A program made the translations under genes and the position numbers. Below, in pieces: positions 19,459 to 29,119 of a stretch of 64,000 nucleotides of DNA (its first letter is position 1; the number at the start of each line of letters is the position of its first letter). This DNA comes from Bacteroidales bacterium (lineage in GTDB: Bacteria; Bacteroidota; Bacteroidia; Bacteroidales; TTA-H9), in the NCBI GenBank assembly GCA_049969475.1, contig JBMFOU010000014.1, forward strand, positions 8,700 through 72,699, written 5' to 3'. The notes beneath the pieces are model-generated. The model did not search any database and had not been told where the DNA came from. It saw nothing but the letters and a program-made list of their open reading frames with translations.

Positions 19459-20175
19459 ATGAAAAGAAAGCTTTTGTTTCTTTTACTGCTCTCAGGGGTG
19501 TTTATTCTGAATGCCCAGGAGACTCCCAAAAAGTTTCAGTTTGGTATGCGTTTCTCCCCGAATTTCAACTGGCTGGATCCTGCAACATCAAACTATAAAA
19601 ACGACGGAGGGAAGATAGGTTTTGGCTGGGGTTTGGTAGCCGACATTCATTTGATTGATAATTATTATTTCAGCACAGGCTTCAATCTGAGTTACCTGGG
19701 CGGAAAACTCAGTTACCCGGTGGACTATCCCATGGTGGTCGACACGCAGTCTTACCCGGTTAACGTAAATGGTAAGCTTTACAGAAAGTACCAGTTCAGA
19801 TTTCTCGAAATTCCCTTGCTTTTTAAAATGAAAACCCGGGAATTCAATAACGGGCTAAGATACTTTGGGATTATGGGCCTGGTTCCTGCATTCAACTTGC
19901 GCACCCGGGCCGATGACGTATTTTACCCGGAAGGTAGCCAGAGTATCAAAAATTCTCCGGACGTGTCTTATCAGGTTAATGCTATGAAACTCTCGGTGGA
20001 TGTAGGGGGAGGAATTGAAATACCCATCGACAAATCGACATACTTTATGATGGGCCTTACCTACAGTAATGGTTTTACCGATTTGCTCTCCGGATACAAC
20101 AATCATCCCCTGGTAAGGGCGCAGGAAGAGGCCATTCAGCATTATCTCGAATTGACTCTTGCTGTAATTTTCTAA
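19459..20175 (+). CDS. small outer-membrane beta-barrel protein (PorT-like porin family)
   Basis: It has a signal peptide, the LEIPLLFK motif, is 238 aa and ends in a C-terminal aromatic residue. Confidence 0.65.
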   Translation: MKRKLLFLLLLSGVFILNAQETPKKFQFGMRFSPNFNWLDPATSNYKNDGGKIGFGWGLVADIHLIDNYYFSTGFNLSYLGGKLSYPVDYPMVVDTQSYPVNVNGKLYRKYQFRFLEIPLLFKMKTREFNNGLRYFGIMGLVPAFNLRTRADDVFYPEGSQSIKNSPDVSYQVNAMKLSVDVGGGIEIPIDKSTYFMMGLTYSNGFTDLLSGYNNHPLVRAQEEAIQHYLELTLAVIF

Positions 20176-20187
20176 AAGATTGAATAA

Positions 20188-21816
20188 ATGATTGTTGCAC
20201 TTGCTCAGCAGGATTATATAATTGGCGATTTTGAAGGAAACTTGCAGAAACATTTGCAAGCCTTGAGGCAGGCCCGGCAAGCCGGTGCCCGTCTGGTTGT
20301 TTTTCCGGAACTATCCGTTTGTGGTTACCCACCTCGCGATTTCCTGGAATTCGATGACTTTATAAGAAAAAGTGAAGAAAGCGTAAACCTGATAGCATCT
20401 GAATGTTATGACCTGGCTGCGGTGGTGGGGGCTCCCGAAAAGAATACCACGGGGAGGGGAAAACCCCTATTCAATGCAGCTTTTTTTCTGCATCAGGGTC
20501 AGGTTAAAGCCATCCAGCGTAAGAGCTTGTTGCCCAACTACGACATTTTCGATGAATATCGATATTTCGAACCCAATCGTGAGTTTCTGGTAGTAGAATA
20601 TGAGGGAAAACGCATCGCTTTGACGGTTTGCGAAGATTTATGGAATACCGATGAGCACCCGCTCTACATTGAAAACCCACTCGATCGCCTGCTTCCATAT
20701 AAGCCTGATTTACTGATAAATATTGCAGCTTCTCCATTTCATGACCGACAACCTGAAATCAGACGCAGAGTGCTTACCGAGAATGCACGTAGGGCTGGTG
20801 TTCCCTTAATTTATGTAAACCATTGCGGAGCCCAGACGGAATTGATTTTTGATGGAGATTCGCAGGTATTGGATGGCCATGGACGAGTATGTGCCCATCT
20901 GCCATTTTTCCGCGAGAGTCTGCAAATAGTCGATCTTAATCATCTCTCCCCTGCACCAGAAACCACTTTGCCCCAACGCATTACGCTCATACACGATGCG
21001 CTGGTAACAGGTATCAAGGCATACTTTAGAAAGCTGAATCTTAGTAAGGCTATTTTGGGTCTTTCGGGTGGAATCGACTCAGCAGTGGTATTGGTTTTGG
21101 CAGCTGAAGCTTTGGGGCCGGAAAATGTGAGGGCTGTATTGCTGCCCTCGCGCTACTCTACATCTCATAGCGTCGACGATGCCCTTGCCTTGGCCAAGAA
21201 TCTGGGTGTAGCCCACGACATCATTTCAATCGAGGATGCCTTCCGCGCTTTCGAGCACACCCTTCAACCGCTTTTTCAGGGTCTTTCACCTGACCTAACG
21301 GAGGAAAACCTGCAGGCACGTATCCGAGCAGTTATCCTTATGGCTTTGAGTAACAAGTTTGGATACATCTTACTGAATACCTCCAACAAAAGCGAAGCAG
21401 CGGTGGGTTATGGAACGCTTTATGGCGATATGTGCGGAGGACTTTCGGTTCTGGGCGATGTTTATAAAACCGATGTTTATGCCTTGGCTCGCTATTTAAA
21501 TCATAAGAGAGAAATTATTCCTGAAAATATCCTGTTAAAGGCTCCTTCTGCAGAACTACGCCCCGATCAGAAAGACAGTGACTCACTGCCTGAGTATCAC
21601 CAATTGGATCCAGTTTTATTTGAATATATCGAAAACCGGCTGGGTCCTGAAGAAATAATTGCCAAAGGGTACGATCCAGCTCTAGTTCGGAGGGTACTCC
21701 GACTGGTAAACATGAATGAATATAAGCGGCATCAGACCCCACCCATTCTTCGTGTATCGGCTAAAGCCTTTGGTAGTGGCCGACGCATGCCGATTGTTGG
21801 CAAATATCTGGCGTAA
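20188..21816 (+). CDS. nadE: glutamine-dependent NAD+ synthetase
   Basis: The N-terminal CN-hydrolase domain carries LTVCEDLW and the C-terminal synthetase domain carries the PP-loop SGGIDSAV. Confidence 0.9.
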   Translation: MIVALAQQDYIIGDFEGNLQKHLQALRQARQAGARLVVFPELSVCGYPPRDFLEFDDFIRKSEESVNLIASECYDLAAVVGAPEKNTTGRGKPLFNAAFFLHQGQVKAIQRKSLLPNYDIFDEYRYFEPNREFLVVEYEGKRIALTVCEDLWNTDEHPLYIENPLDRLLPYKPDLLINIAASPFHDRQPEIRRRVLTENARRAGVPLIYVNHCGAQTELIFDGDSQVLDGHGRVCAHLPFFRESLQIVDLNHLSPAPETTLPQRITLIHDALVTGIKAYFRKLNLSKAILGLSGGIDSAVVLVLAAEALGPENVRAVLLPSRYSTSHSVDDALALAKNLGVAHDIISIEDAFRAFEHTLQPLFQGLSPDLTEENLQARIRAVILMALSNKFGYILLNTSNKSEAAVGYGTLYGDMCGGLSVLGDVYKTDVYALARYLNHKREIIPENILLKAPSAELRPDQKDSDSLPEYHQLDPVLFEYIENRLGPEEIIAKGYDPALVRRVLRLVNMNEYKRHQTPPILRVSAKAFGSGRRMPIVGKYLA

Positions 21817-21837
21817 TCATCTAAATAGCTCACTTAT

Positions 21838-22416
21838 ATGCTCGATTTGTCCGCCTATCGCGTGATACTTGCGTCCCGTTCGCCCAGACGGCACGATTTG
21901 CTCAAGGGATTGAATATACCTTTTGAAGTGCGCCTTAAAGAAACGCCTGAAGACTACCCTGAGGGGTTACCTGGTCAGAAAATTGCCCTTATGCTCGCCC
22001 AAAGAAAAAATTATGCCTTTGCCGAAGCGGAGCTACCTGAGAATTATTTGTTAATTACTGCAGATACCATTGTGTGGCTTGATAACCAGGTACTTAATAA
22101 GCCGGCTGATGCTGCTGATGCAGTTAGCATGCTGCAAACGCTATCAGGCAAAAGCCATAAAGTCTATACCGGTGTTTTCATTCGGAGCAAACAAAAAGAG
22201 ACGGGTTTTTGTGCCGAAAGCACGGTCTATTTTCGTCATTTGAATGATGAAGAAATTAATTATTATGTGACTCATTTTCAACCTTTCGATAAGGCCGGGG
22301 CATATGGGGTGCAGGAATGGATAGGTTATGTGGGCATCGAACGCATTGAGGGCTCATACTTCAATGTAATGGGGCTGCCCACACAGTTACTATACCAACA
22401 TCTCCGCATGTTTTGA
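21838..22416 (+). CDS. maf: Maf-like nucleoside triphosphate pyrophosphatase
   Basis: It has ILASRSPRRHDLL, ADTIV and GAYGVQ motifs in a 192-aa protein. Confidence 0.85.
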   Translation: MLDLSAYRVILASRSPRRHDLLKGLNIPFEVRLKETPEDYPEGLPGQKIALMLAQRKNYAFAEAELPENYLLITADTIVWLDNQVLNKPADAADAVSMLQTLSGKSHKVYTGVFIRSKQKETGFCAESTVYFRHLNDEEINYYVTHFQPFDKAGAYGVQEWIGYVGIERIEGSYFNVMGLPTQLLYQHLRMF

Positions 22417-22482
22417 GCTGACCTTCTTTGTTTCCTTTCTCATGGCTACTATGCAGAATGCCTCTGGCCACCGATTAAACGT

Positions 22483-22490
22483 TAATTTTG
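22483..22490 (+). promoter_or_regulatory. candidate -7 box (TAATTTTG) for the DUF502 gene
   Basis: It matches TAnnTTTG and lies 30 nt upstream of the ATG at 22520. This supports the shorter start. Confidence 0.4.
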
Positions 22491-22519
22491 CAAATGATAA
22501 AATTCATAGGAATTATTTC

Positions 22520-23146
22520 ATGAGCCGCCCGATGCGTCAAACCCGGCTTTTTCGACTTTTGATGGGATATTTTGTACAGGGATTGTTGCTTATAGCCCCA
22601 CTCTCGATAACCATCTGGGCTATAATTGCAGTCATCAATTTCCTCGACGATGTCCTGCTCAGCTATCTGGCCGATCTCATCGGATACCGCATTCCTGGCC
22701 TGGGTTTGGTGGCACTAGTCATAATTATTACTTTGACGGGTTTTCTTGGAAACACCATCTTTTTTCGACCCATATTGGCTTATTTTGACCGGGTGGTCAG
22801 CCGGGCTCCTCTCATCAAAATTATTTACACGGCTGTGAAAGATTTTTTGCAGGCCTTTGTGGGGCAACAAAAAAGATTTACCGAGCCCGTTCTGGTGCGT
22901 GTTGATGATACCACTGAGGCCGATCGTATTGGTTTTGTTACGGCCCATGATTTATCGATGTTAGGGATCCCCGAAGGGAGGGTGGCTGTCTATTTTCCCT
23001 CCTCCTACACGGTACTGGGTGAGTTGCTAATCTTTCCAGCTCAACGTGTGCGACCTCTTTCCGCACCACCGGCCGAAGTGATGAAATACGTTATTTCGGG
23101 AGGTGTTACCTCTATTCATTCCAGGTCGGGGAGTAGTAAAAACTGA
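22520..23146 (+). CDS. DUF502 family membrane protein
   Basis: It has two N-terminal TM helices and a C-terminal block ending in VISGG, which is typical of DUF502. The start was trimmed from 22442. Confidence 0.7.
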   Translation: MSRPMRQTRLFRLLMGYFVQGLLLIAPLSITIWAIIAVINFLDDVLLSYLADLIGYRIPGLGLVALVIIITLTGFLGNTIFFRPILAYFDRVVSRAPLIKIIYTAVKDFLQAFVGQQKRFTEPVLVRVDDTTEADRIGFVTAHDLSMLGIPEGRVAVYFPSSYTVLGELLIFPAQRVRPLSAPPAEVMKYVISGGVTSIHSRSGSSKN

Positions 23147-23160
23147 AAATTCTTCAACAA

Positions 23161-23946
23161 ATGAGTCATAACGAAAAATTGATTTTAATTACCAATGACG
23201 ATGGAATCACAGCGCCCGGGCTCCGTTCGTTGATTCGCGTCATGCGAAAACTGGGTGAGGTGGTGGTGGCAGCGCCCGATAAACCTCAGTCGGGCATGGC
23301 CCATGCCATCACAGTAAGCCTTCCACTGCGATACAACTTGCTGGCCAGGGAGGTAGGATATACAGAATACAGCATAAGCGGCACACCTACCGATTGCGTG
23401 AAGCTCGCCGAAAAGTTTTTGCTACCTCGGCGCCCCGACCTTATCGTTTCGGGCATCAATCATGGCTCCAATGCTTCTGTTAATATTCTTTATTCAGGTA
23501 CCATGGCAGCTGTGCTCGAAGGCGTCATGCTCGATATTCCCAGTATAGGTTTTTCTCTATGTGATTATAGGTGGAATGCTGATTTTGAGTCGGCTGAGCC
23601 ATGGGTGGAGTCGATAGCCCGCAGGGTGCTTAGCCAGGGACTTCCCAGGCACACAGGGCTCAATGTGAATATTCCCGTGCCTGAATCAGGGGGAATACGT
23701 GGCATTAAAGTGGTGCGTCAGGGAGAGGGCCGCTGGGAGGAGGAGTTTGAACGCAGAATTGATCCCCGTAACCGAGATTACTTCTGGATTACTGGTTATT
23801 TCAAAAATCTGGACGGATTGCCTGACACCGATCTTCATGCCCTTGAAAACGGTTACATTTCGGTGGTGCCGGTTCATTACGACCTTACCGCCCATCCTTC
23901 CATTCCTTTTTTAAAAAACCTATTGGAAAATGCTCAGGAAGAATAA
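23161..23946 (+). CDS. surE: 5'/3'-nucleotidase SurE
   Basis: It has ILITNDDGITAPG, SGINHGSN and YSGTMAAV motifs. Confidence 0.9.
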   Translation: MSHNEKLILITNDDGITAPGLRSLIRVMRKLGEVVVAAPDKPQSGMAHAITVSLPLRYNLLAREVGYTEYSISGTPTDCVKLAEKFLLPRRPDLIVSGINHGSNASVNILYSGTMAAVLEGVMLDIPSIGFSLCDYRWNADFESAEPWVESIARRVLSQGLPRHTGLNVNIPVPESGGIRGIKVVRQGEGRWEEEFERRIDPRNRDYFWITGYFKNLDGLPDTDLHALENGYISVVPVHYDLTAHPSIPFLKNLLENAQEE

Positions 23947-24223
23947 TTTTTACTTGGGAACCCTGGCGGGGCTAGGAGCTGCTGTAGCAGGATGGCTCGT
24001 GTTCTGGCTCTTAGGCTTGTTGCTCGATAAGCTGACGGGTATCGAGCCCTACTTGCAGCGATGGCAGATTTATCTCTTAGGACTCATACCGCCCGTCGTG
24101 CTGATGCGCTATTTTTTTATTAACCGTAAGTTGGATGCAACGGCCAAAGGGGTATTGACAGTAGTCGTGGTGCTGGGTCTGGGTTATTTTATATATTTAA
24201 AAATCAAGGGCTATCTTATATGA
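23930..24223 (+). CDS. small hypothetical membrane protein
   Basis: It is 97 aa with three hydrophobic helices. It overlaps surE by 17 nt and lpxB by 4 nt, which suggests an operon. Confidence 0.45.
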   Translation: MLRKNNFYLGTLAGLGAAVAGWLVFWLLGLLLDKLTGIEPYLQRWQIYLLGLIPPVVLMRYFFINRKLDATAKGVLTVVVVLGLGYFIYLKIKGYLI

Positions 24224-25338
24224 AATATTATTTCATAGCCGGAGAGGCCTCGGGCGACCTTCATGCCTCGAACCTGGCCAGGGATTTGCAGCAGCTCGAT
24301 CCAGAAGCTGAAATGCGAGGTTTTGGCGGCGATCGAATGCAAGCAGCGGGCATCCGGCTCTCCCATCATATCCGTGAAATGGATTTCATGGGATTTATCG
24401 AGGTGGTGAGTAATCTGCCTTCTATTCTTCGACTTTTGAAAGATGCTCAGCGCGAACTACTCAACTTTCGACCTGACGTACTTATTCTGGTGGATTATCC
24501 AGGTTTTAATCTGAAAATGGCTGAATTTGCCCGTAAAAACGGTTTCCGGGTAATATATTACATATCGCCTCAGATTTGGGCATGGCGGCCTTCAAGAGTT
24601 CGCGCTATCCGTCGTTCCGTTCAACGAATGATTACTATTTTACCCTTCGAAAAAGATTTTTATGCCAGCCATGGCTTCGACGTATTTTATGCAGGACATC
24701 CCTTGCTCGATGTGACGTCAGCCTTTGTGCCTTCTGAGGAATTCAAAAGAAAATACACCTCACCCGGCAGTCCGGTTATCGCTCTACTCCCTGGTAGCCG
24801 GCGTCAGGAAATAGCCCGAATGTTGCCTATAATGCTGCAGGTAACCCGTCGTTTTCCAGAGTACCAGTTTGTGGTTGGAGCCGCGAGCGAAAGGGATAAA
24901 GAATTTCTCGGGCGATGGACCAGGAATTATCCCGTTAAAATTGTTTATGGCCAGACCTATGACCTTCTGAACATAGCATATGCGGCTATTGTAACTTCTG
25001 GAACTGCTTCTCTCGAAACAGCCTTGTTCGGAGTCCCGCAGGTGATTGTCTATAAAGGGAATTATCTTTCGTATCTGATTGCCAAAAGGCTGGTAAAAGT
25101 TAATTTTATAGGCCTCCCTAATCTTATTCTTAATAAACCTGTTGTTAAGGAGTTGATACAGAATGATCTAAACTCTTTCATGCTTTATGATGAATTGGAT
25201 CGTTTAGTAAAAAATGAATTTTATCGTCAGAGTATGCAGCGCAATTACCTGGAGCTTCGGCAACTCCTGGGCGGAAATGGCGTTAGCGAACGAGCTGCCC
25301 GTGAAATTGTCAGGATCTTAACAGAGGCTCAATCATAG
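24220..25338 (+). CDS. lpxB: lipid-A-disaccharide synthase
   Basis: The N-terminus is YFIAGEASGDLHASNL, the protein is 372 aa, and the layout is typical of LpxB. Confidence 0.9.
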   Translation: MKYYFIAGEASGDLHASNLARDLQQLDPEAEMRGFGGDRMQAAGIRLSHHIREMDFMGFIEVVSNLPSILRLLKDAQRELLNFRPDVLILVDYPGFNLKMAEFARKNGFRVIYYISPQIWAWRPSRVRAIRRSVQRMITILPFEKDFYASHGFDVFYAGHPLLDVTSAFVPSEEFKRKYTSPGSPVIALLPGSRRQEIARMLPIMLQVTRRFPEYQFVVGAASERDKEFLGRWTRNYPVKIVYGQTYDLLNIAYAAIVTSGTASLETALFGVPQVIVYKGNYLSYLIAKRLVKVNFIGLPNLILNKPVVKELIQNDLNSFMLYDELDRLVKNEFYRQSMQRNYLELRQLLGGNGVSERAAREIVRILTEAQS

Positions 25339-25345
25339 TCAAAAA

Positions 25346-26287
25346 ATGTTGGGGATGCATAGGACTTTGCTGATGATTTTGATTGGATTTCTGGCCCTGG
25401 TTTCAGCAGATAGGGTTTTTGCCCAGAAGCGCAATGCCGAGGATCTGGTGAAAAGAGGAATCACTGCTGCCCGCCTGGGTTACAAAGACGACGCCCTGGG
25501 AAAGTTTACAGAAGCCATCCGTCTCGATCCTACACTACCGGAAGCATGGTACAACCGGGCTGTTTTGTATTACGAAAGTGGAGAACCCGCCAAAGCCCTG
25601 TTCGACCTTGACCGCGCAGCTCAGCTCAATCCCAGACAGGCCAGCATCTTTTTACAACGAGGCCTTGTGCGTCATGCCCTCGATGAAGATTCTTTGGCCG
25701 TGCTTGACCTTGAAAAGGCTGTCCGCCTCGATTCCACCCTTCGCGAAGCCCATCTTAATCTGGGATTGATCTGGTACGAGAGGAATAAGTATGAAAAGGC
25801 ACTGCCCCATTTCAGCTACCTAATCCGGAAAAATCCCGAAGATGGGCAGGCTTTATACCATCGCGGATTGTGCAGACATTTTCAGGGGCGTTTCTACGAT
25901 GCCATAGCCGATTTTTCCGCAGCCCTGGAACAAAACCCCGACGAACCCGACATTTTGCTTTCTCGTGGAGTATCGAAAGCAGCAGCTGGACTTTACTATG
26001 CAGCCATAGAGGATTTTTCGCAGACCCTTGCCCTACGACCCGATTACGCAGAAGCCTATATGAACCGGGGTCTGGCGCGTTTTAATCTCTATAAGTTTGC
26101 TGAAGCTGAACAGGATTATAATCAGGCGCTTATGCTTGAACCCGCATCAGCCGAAGCGTTGACGGGACGTGGAGTATCCAGGTTGGCTCAGGGAAAATCG
26201 GCAGAAGGTTGTGCTGACCTCAGCGAAGCTTCGCGCCGGGGCTTTGTTAAGGCTGCCGAATACCTTTCAAAGTACTGCAAAGATTGA
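25346..26287 (+). CDS. tetratricopeptide repeat protein (secreted)
   Basis: It has a signal peptide followed by repeated 34-aa A/Y/N-patterned TPR units (AWYNRAVLYY, AHLNLGLIWY, AYMNRGLARF). Confidence 0.75.
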   Translation: MLGMHRTLLMILIGFLALVSADRVFAQKRNAEDLVKRGITAARLGYKDDALGKFTEAIRLDPTLPEAWYNRAVLYYESGEPAKALFDLDRAAQLNPRQASIFLQRGLVRHALDEDSLAVLDLEKAVRLDSTLREAHLNLGLIWYERNKYEKALPHFSYLIRKNPEDGQALYHRGLCRHFQGRFYDAIADFSAALEQNPDEPDILLSRGVSKAAAGLYYAAIEDFSQTLALRPDYAEAYMNRGLARFNLYKFAEAEQDYNQALMLEPASAEALTGRGVSRLAQGKSAEGCADLSEASRRGFVKAAEYLSKYCKD

Positions 26288-26313
26288 TACATTTGCCTTA
26301 AAATAGCCGGACT

Positions 26314-27039
26314 ATGAAAAAATTGCTTCTGTTAGTTTTTATTGCCCTGGTAGGACTAAGTGCTTGTAAACAAGAAAGTCAGAAGAAAAACCTTACGACC
26401 AATGAACCCCAGAACCAGAAAGCACCTAATGCTGCCTACAAGCCTGGTACCGACGCTTTCAAACCCGGGGCAGGGGCCAATGAAGACGCCCAGTGGATTT
26501 TTACTAAAGCTGCTACCCTCATTGGCTTGCAGAATTATGATGAAGCGTTAACCTACATAAATCAGTATATTGAGAAAAGTCCTAACGACGGCAACGGTTA
26601 TTTTGTACGTGGCTTCATTTATTCCCAAAAAAAAGAATGGGAAAAGGCTATCCCTGAATACAAAGAGGCCCTGCGACTAAATGCAGCGCATACCTATGCC
26701 TACATGTACAAGGGTGAGGCCCATCTCTACCTAAAACAGTACCCCGATGCTTTTGCCATGTTTACCAAGGTCATTCAGATTGAACCTAAAAATATGTATG
26801 CATACTACAATCGGGGGCTTACTCTCAGTTATCTGGAAAAATACAAAGAAGCTGTAAACGATTTTGATGTTGCCTTGCGTATCGACAGCCTGTATGCCCC
26901 AGCCCTCAACAATCGGGGCAATGCTAAATATCTGCTGGGTGACCTCGATGGAGCCTGTAAAGATTGGAAAAAGTCGATGAAGCTGGGAAATGTAGCCTCA
27001 GAACGTGCCTACAACCACTACTGTCAGGGAAAAAAGTAG
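26314..27039 (+). CDS. tetratricopeptide repeat lipoprotein
   Basis: It has a lipobox (VGLSACK) and TPR units (GYFVRGFIY, AYMYKGEAHL, AYYNRGLTL, ALNNRGNAKY). Confidence 0.75.
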   Translation: MKKLLLLVFIALVGLSACKQESQKKNLTTNEPQNQKAPNAAYKPGTDAFKPGAGANEDAQWIFTKAATLIGLQNYDEALTYINQYIEKSPNDGNGYFVRGFIYSQKKEWEKAIPEYKEALRLNAAHTYAYMYKGEAHLYLKQYPDAFAMFTKVIQIEPKNMYAYYNRGLTLSYLEKYKEAVNDFDVALRIDSLYAPALNNRGNAKYLLGDLDGACKDWKKSMKLGNVASERAYNHYCQGKK

Positions 27040-27074
27040 TTACATGCTTTAAGCCCTAAGCAAATAATTGATTT

Positions 27075-28121
27075 ATGCAAGTACATTTCAATCCCTGGGG
27101 AAAACTTCAAGGAAAGGATGTTTATCTGGTAGAGGCCAATCATGAAGGCATCGGCCTGCGCATGCAGCTCAGTAATTTTGGGGCCACGCTGGTCAGGCTC
27201 GACTACGCGCTTGACGATGGAAGCTTGCTCCCTGTAGTTTATCCCCTGGCCACTCTTGGGCAATATCTTGAAGCAGATTACTATCCAGGGGCTATCATAG
27301 GCCGGTATGCCAACCGCATTGGGGGTGCTGCGTTTGGCATTGGTAATCAAATATTTAAATTATCGGAAAACGGCCAGGGTTATTCTCTGCACGGGGGGGC
27401 CGAAGGTTTTAGTCACCGGGTTTGGGATTTGGTAGATTATTCGATATTTGATGATGAGGCCATCATCACTTTTCGCCTTTTCAGCCCTGATGGCGACCAG
27501 GGTTTTCCTGGTAATCTCAGCGTAACTGCAATGTATCACCTGAGTGCTCATCGTTTGATGGTGAATTATCAGGCTGAGACCGATCAACCCACGCATGTGA
27601 ACCTTACAACTCATGGATATTTCAATCTCTCAGGCTTTGGGCAAGGGGTTCATCATCACCAAATGACCATTCAGGCTGATAAATTCCTGGAGGTGGATGA
27701 ACGGATTGTAGCAACAGGGGAGATGACCGAAGTAGCCGGAAGTGCATTCGACTTCAGAAAAGCGAAAACTTTGGAACAGGGGATGCAGCAGCTCGGTGAT
27801 ATTTTTAATCATTGCCTGGTCTTATCTCATCCGGGATTGCATACGCCAGCGGCTACGGTGTTCTGTCCTTCCACCGGGATGCAGATGAAGGTTACAACAA
27901 CGCAGCCAGGTTTCCAACTCTATACACCTATCGAAAGGCCCAGCGTGCAGCATCCCGATTTACCAGTTTCAGGCATCGAATCAGGCCAACCCTGGGCATT
28001 CTGTCTCGAACCCCAGCATCTGCCCAACACTCCCAACATCGCCCATTTCCCCTCGACCCTGCTTCTGCCGGGCCAGAAATACCAACAAACAACTATTTTT
28101 GAGTTTTCCAGGAAATATTAG
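27075..28121 (+). CDS. galM: aldose 1-epimerase (galactose mutarotase family)
   Basis: The motifs GRYANRI, SLHGG, NLTTHGYFNL and CLEPQ are typical of Aldose_epim family proteins. Confidence 0.8.
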   Translation: MQVHFNPWGKLQGKDVYLVEANHEGIGLRMQLSNFGATLVRLDYALDDGSLLPVVYPLATLGQYLEADYYPGAIIGRYANRIGGAAFGIGNQIFKLSENGQGYSLHGGAEGFSHRVWDLVDYSIFDDEAIITFRLFSPDGDQGFPGNLSVTAMYHLSAHRLMVNYQAETDQPTHVNLTTHGYFNLSGFGQGVHHHQMTIQADKFLEVDERIVATGEMTEVAGSAFDFRKAKTLEQGMQQLGDIFNHCLVLSHPGLHTPAATVFCPSTGMQMKVTTTQPGFQLYTPIERPSVQHPDLPVSGIESGQPWAFCLEPQHLPNTPNIAHFPSTLLLPGQKYQQTTIFEFSRKY

Positions 28122-28131
28122 AGTAGTATTC

Positions 28132-29001
28132 CTACTCAGCGAGCAACACCATGGCAATGGATGCTGCTATCAGCCCGGCCAGCAATACTCCTCCTGGAAT
28201 TACTCCGTAAATAATTAATGAGAGAATTACGGTAATGACGGGAGCCAACCCGGTTAGGGGAACCACAATAATGGCTTTTCCGTAGCGTAGAGCATATACC
28301 AGGGTTAGGGCACCTATAGCGTTGAGCAATTGAATAGCAAAGGCCAGATAGGGTCCTTTCCAGCCCCAATTAATAGGAACGCTGAAATCGGTCATTAAAA
28401 TGGCTACCGGAGCGAGCAAAACGCCTGTAAGGGCCATATAAAAGAAGATGCTTTCGGCCTGCATGGAAAGATGGGCAAATTTCATCACCCAGGCCTGCAG
28501 GCCCCACATAATAAATACAAGAATGGCCAGAATTAGCCAGTCGGTGCTTCCTCCGTTGATAGGATTGATCTGCGGGTTGGAGAGCAAAAACATAGCGATG
28601 AGAGCCAGGATAATGCCTACCCATTGCCTCCGGTTGGCTTTTTCATGAAGTAACAGAAGAGAAAGAAAGATGGTAAGCACCGGATACAATGAAATAATGG
28701 GGAAAACAATAAAGGCCGGACCGGTTTTCAGTGCCTGAAACAAAATAAGCTGCCCACCTGCGCCCAGTAAGCCTACTGATGAGCCCAGGAAAACAGATTT
28801 CAAATTCCATTCAATCTTCCATTGATTTCTATAGATGGCAAACAATGCACAGGGAATCATGGTGAGCGACCATACGGCGTAACCCAGTGTGGGTGGGAAG
28901 CCTGCTTTCTCGGGAATTTCAATCAGTGCACCCCATACACCCCAAAACAGGGTGGTTATCAGTGCAAAGGCCAGCCAGGGTTGTTTGAATATTCCTTTCA
29001 T
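28132..29001 (-). CDS. DMT superfamily (EamA-like) 10-TM permease, a candidate sugar importer
   Basis: It is 289 aa with about 10 hydrophobic helices arranged as two 5-TM halves. It is co-directional with, and downstream of, the DeoR gene. Confidence 0.7.
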   Translation of the reverse strand: MKGIFKQPWLAFALITTLFWGVWGALIEIPEKAGFPPTLGYAVWSLTMIPCALFAIYRNQWKIEWNLKSVFLGSSVGLLGAGGQLILFQALKTGPAFIVFPIISLYPVLTIFLSLLLLHEKANRRQWVGIILALIAMFLLSNPQINPINGGSTDWLILAILVFIMWGLQAWVMKFAHLSMQAESIFFYMALTGVLLAPVAILMTDFSVPINWGWKGPYLAFAIQLLNAIGALTLVYALRYGKAIIVVPLTGLAPVITVILSLIIYGVIPGGVLLAGLIAASIAMVLLAE

Positions 29002-29026
29002 TATGCCTGTTTTAAATGATAAGGCA

Positions 29027-29034
29027 CAAAGATA
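29027..29034 (-). promoter_or_regulatory. candidate -7 box (TATCTTTG) for the permease gene
   Basis: The reverse complement of caaagata matches TAnnTTTG. It lies 26-33 nt upstream of the start at 29001. Confidence 0.4.
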
Positions 29035-29119
29035 AGCTAATGAAACAAAATTACAATAAAAGAAAAGAAATTATAAGCAATTAGTTTCATAATCTTATTA
29101 AATGATGAAAGCCCCTGCT

